Part shown: piece after piece, positions 15,437-17,650 of the stretch
How the letters are laid out: every line of letters starts with the position of its first letter
Numbering within the stretch: position 1 is the stretch's first letter
Origin: Promethearchaeota archaeon
GTDB taxonomy: Archaea; Asgardarchaeota; Lokiarchaeia; Sigyniarchaeales; SOKP01
Length of the DNA: 17,650 nucleotides
Direction of reading: 5' to 3'
NCBI GenBank assembly: GCA_019057865.1
Contig: JAHLWP010000056.1
Coordinates: forward strand, 1 to 17,650
The notes under the pieces: model-generated
Databases searched by the model: none
What the model was told of the DNA's origin: nothing
Seen by the model: only the letters and a program-made list of their open reading frames with translations
Made by a program: the position numbers and the translations under genes

Positions 15437-17650
15437 GTCGCAAAGAAATTAACTTCAAATAGAAGATTGAAACTCCATCCAATTCGGTTGAATCTTTATG
15501 GCATTTTAGTCGCAAAGAAATTAGCTTCAAATAGAAGATTGAAACAAACCAATGCACATAATAAAAAATAACCAAATTGGAATGTCGCAAAGAAATTAAC
15601 TTCAAATAGAAGATTTAAATTCATAATCCATCTCTATCCCACATTCCTGACAAGAAGTTTCGTCGCAAAGAAATTAGCTTCAAATAGAGGATTGAAATTC
15701 ATCCTCCACATCATTTAGTCTGATATCTTTAAAAATAGTCGCAAAGAAATTAGCTTCAAATAGAAGATTGAAATGTAGTATTCAGAGAGGTTTATATATA
15801 TCCTAAGAATATTGTCGCAAAGAAATTAGCTTCAAATAGAAGATTGAAATAGTGTATCAAGCTGTTTTAAATCTGTAATATCAATAAGGTCGCAAAGAAA
15901 TTAGCTTCAAATAGAAGATTGAAATAATAAAATCAATAAAATTATTAATCCAATTATTAAAGTCGCAAAGAAATTAGCTTCAAATAGAAGATTGAAATTC
16001 ATCCTCCACATCATTTAGTCTGATATCTTTAAAAATAGTCGCAAAGAAATTAGCTTCAAATAGAAGATTGAAATTATATAAGATTCAAAGAAACACTGAT
16101 TCCGAACCACTCGTCGCAAAGAAATTAGCTTCAAATAGAAGATTGAAACCTATTCAATGTATATTTAGACATATACTTCTTTACATATGGTACTTTTATA
16201 TTCGCGATAAAAAAATAAATATTAGTAATTAGCTTATTATATTATATATAATAAGAGTCGCAAAGAAATTAGCTTCAAATAGAAGATTGAAATCCACACA
16301 TATCGCAGGTTTCTGGATTTTGGCGATTAGTCGCAAAGAAATTAGCTTCAAATAGAAGATTGAAATAACAATAAACCATTTAGTAAACTCCCATAAGGAA
16401 CTTGTCGCAAAGAAATTAGCTTCAAATAGAAGATTGAAATAAAGAATAGGTGGCATTATAATGTCCAGTGTATTGTGGTCGCAAAGAAATTAGCTTCAAA
16501 TAGAAGATTGAAACAATATTGGATTTCCATTATATGCACCAGTCATTAAACCATCGCAAAGAAATTAGCTTCAAATAGAAGATTGAAACCATGTTAAAAT
16601 ATTTATTAATCTCTTTTGCTCAGGAGTTAAATCGCAAAGAAATTAGCTTCAAATAGAAGATTGAAACACATTTTCATCAACAGATATTTGAACTGTATGT
16701 CTATTATCGCAAAGAAATTAGCTTCAAATAGAAGATTGAAACACTCTATCTGGCACCCAAAATATATTTTTACTTAATTTATCGCAAAGAAATTAGCTTC
16801 AAATAGAAGATTGAAACCATTGGCATTCAATTATAACAAAACCGAGCGTTTTTTCATCGCAAAGAAATTAGCTTCAAATAGAAGATTGAAATTTAAAACA
16901 TTCAAATTTCTTCCCACATTCCAAACAAATGTCGCAAAGAAATTAGCTTCAAATAGAAGATTGAAATATAGGATATCCTTTAGCAATTGTACAGTTAATT
17001 TGGGTCGCAAAGAAATTAGCTTCAAATGAAGATTGAAACTAAATTTATTTAAAGTCTCTTTAATGCCTTGTTTTAATCGCAAAGAAATTAGCTTCAAATA
17101 GAAGATTGAAACTCGTAAATACTATCACTCCTACTTGTGCTAAAACATACAATCGCAAAGAAATTAGCTTCAAATAGAAGATTGAAATCTGATTCATTCC
17201 ATACTCCCGACCAACTAACATTATAGTCGCAAAGAAATTAGCTTCAAATAGAAGATTGAAATTTATAACACGAATCGCAATATTTTAATTTAGTATATGG
17301 GTCGCAAAGAAATTAGCTTCAAATAGAAGATTGAAACGATTGCTTTAATAAGATTATATATTTTTCTAAGGTTTTGTCGCAAAGAAATTAGCTTCAAATA
17401 GAAGATTGAAATAACTGATCACCAGTGATATATTCATAGGTACTTCCTTGTCGCAAAGAAATTAGCTTCAAATAGAAGATTGAAATCTTAAATTTGCTCA
17501 TATGGTCAATCCACGCTACAGCTCGTCGCAAAGAAATTAGCTTCAAATAGAAGATTGAAATGGTAAACCCATATATTTTCGATAAAATTCTAAATGTCGC
17601 AAAGAAATTAGCTTCAAATAGAAGATTGAAATCTGATTCATTCCATACTC
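15437..17650 (+). CRISPR. CRISPR array of 29 repeats, 37 bp (RTCGCAAAGAAATTAGCTTCAAATAGAAGATTGAAAY), spacers 34-41 bp, truncated by the window edge; two sub-arrays (10 repeats 15437-16149; 19 repeats 16257-17632)
   Basis: Repeat starts counted at 15437, 15509, 15584, 15662, 15738, 15814, 15889, 15962, 16038, 16113, 16257, 16330, 16404, 16478, 16553, 16631, 16706, 16781, 16856, 16931, 17004, 17076, 17152, 17226, 17301, 17376, 17450, 17525, 17596. A CTTC-AAATA-GAAG hairpin directly precedes the 8-nt ATTGAAAY handle typical of Cas6 processing. Confidence 0.99.
16189..16256 (+). repeat. Internal 68-bp copy of the leader end (64/68 identical to 15369-15436)
   Basis: GGTACTTTTATATTCGCGATAAAAAAATAAATATTAGTAATTA[T/G]CTTATTATAT[ATA/TAT]ATATAATAAGA precedes both repeat 1 and repeat 11, 820 bp apart. 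Confidence 0.95.

Noticed and set aside
15417-17097. ORFs at 15417-15605, 16229-16456, 16811-17029 and 16831-17097
   Set aside because: Read-through of repeats and spacers, giving repeated LKLISLR / FNLLFEANFFAT peptides.
17413-17449. Spacer containing CATAGGTACTT resembles the internal leader junction CATATGGTACTT
   Set aside because: Match too short for AT-rich DNA; no convincing self-targeting spacer was seen by eye within the window.

Overview
AT-rich, archaeal-looking DNA (TATA-like boxes, GGTGA/GGAGG ribosome-binding motifs, repeats ending ATTGAAAY). An Asgard/Lokiarchaeia-like host is a guess from sequence style only. Left to right: (1) the 5' part of a very acidic, low-complexity protein running off the left edge, missed by the ORF track, behind a HerA/FtsK-superfamily ATPase with a C-terminal Zn ribbon; (2) about 750 bp of apparent gene debris; (3) a minus-strand type III-D-like CRISPR-Cas cluster read as cas10 (HD domain plus intact GGDD), Cas7 RAMP, csx10, csm2-like, two Cas7 RAMPs, csx19, Cas7 RAMP, a small helical ORF, a hidden 3' remnant of a cmr6-like gene, csx3 ring nuclease, CARF-wHTH and cas6; (4) a divergent wHTH-CARF protein with the reverse domain order of Csa3; (5) a leader and a 29-repeat CRISPR array running off the right edge. 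No cas1/cas2/cas4 and no recognisable toxic cOA effector are in the window. Main leads: a cOA circuit whose only visible receptors carry HTH domains, a III-D Cas10 retaining HD, evidence of a III-B to III-D module swap, a 68-bp leader copy inside the array, repeat-end polymorphisms linked across spacers, and probable ATT/ATC start codons. All calls are from motif reading; no searches were run.
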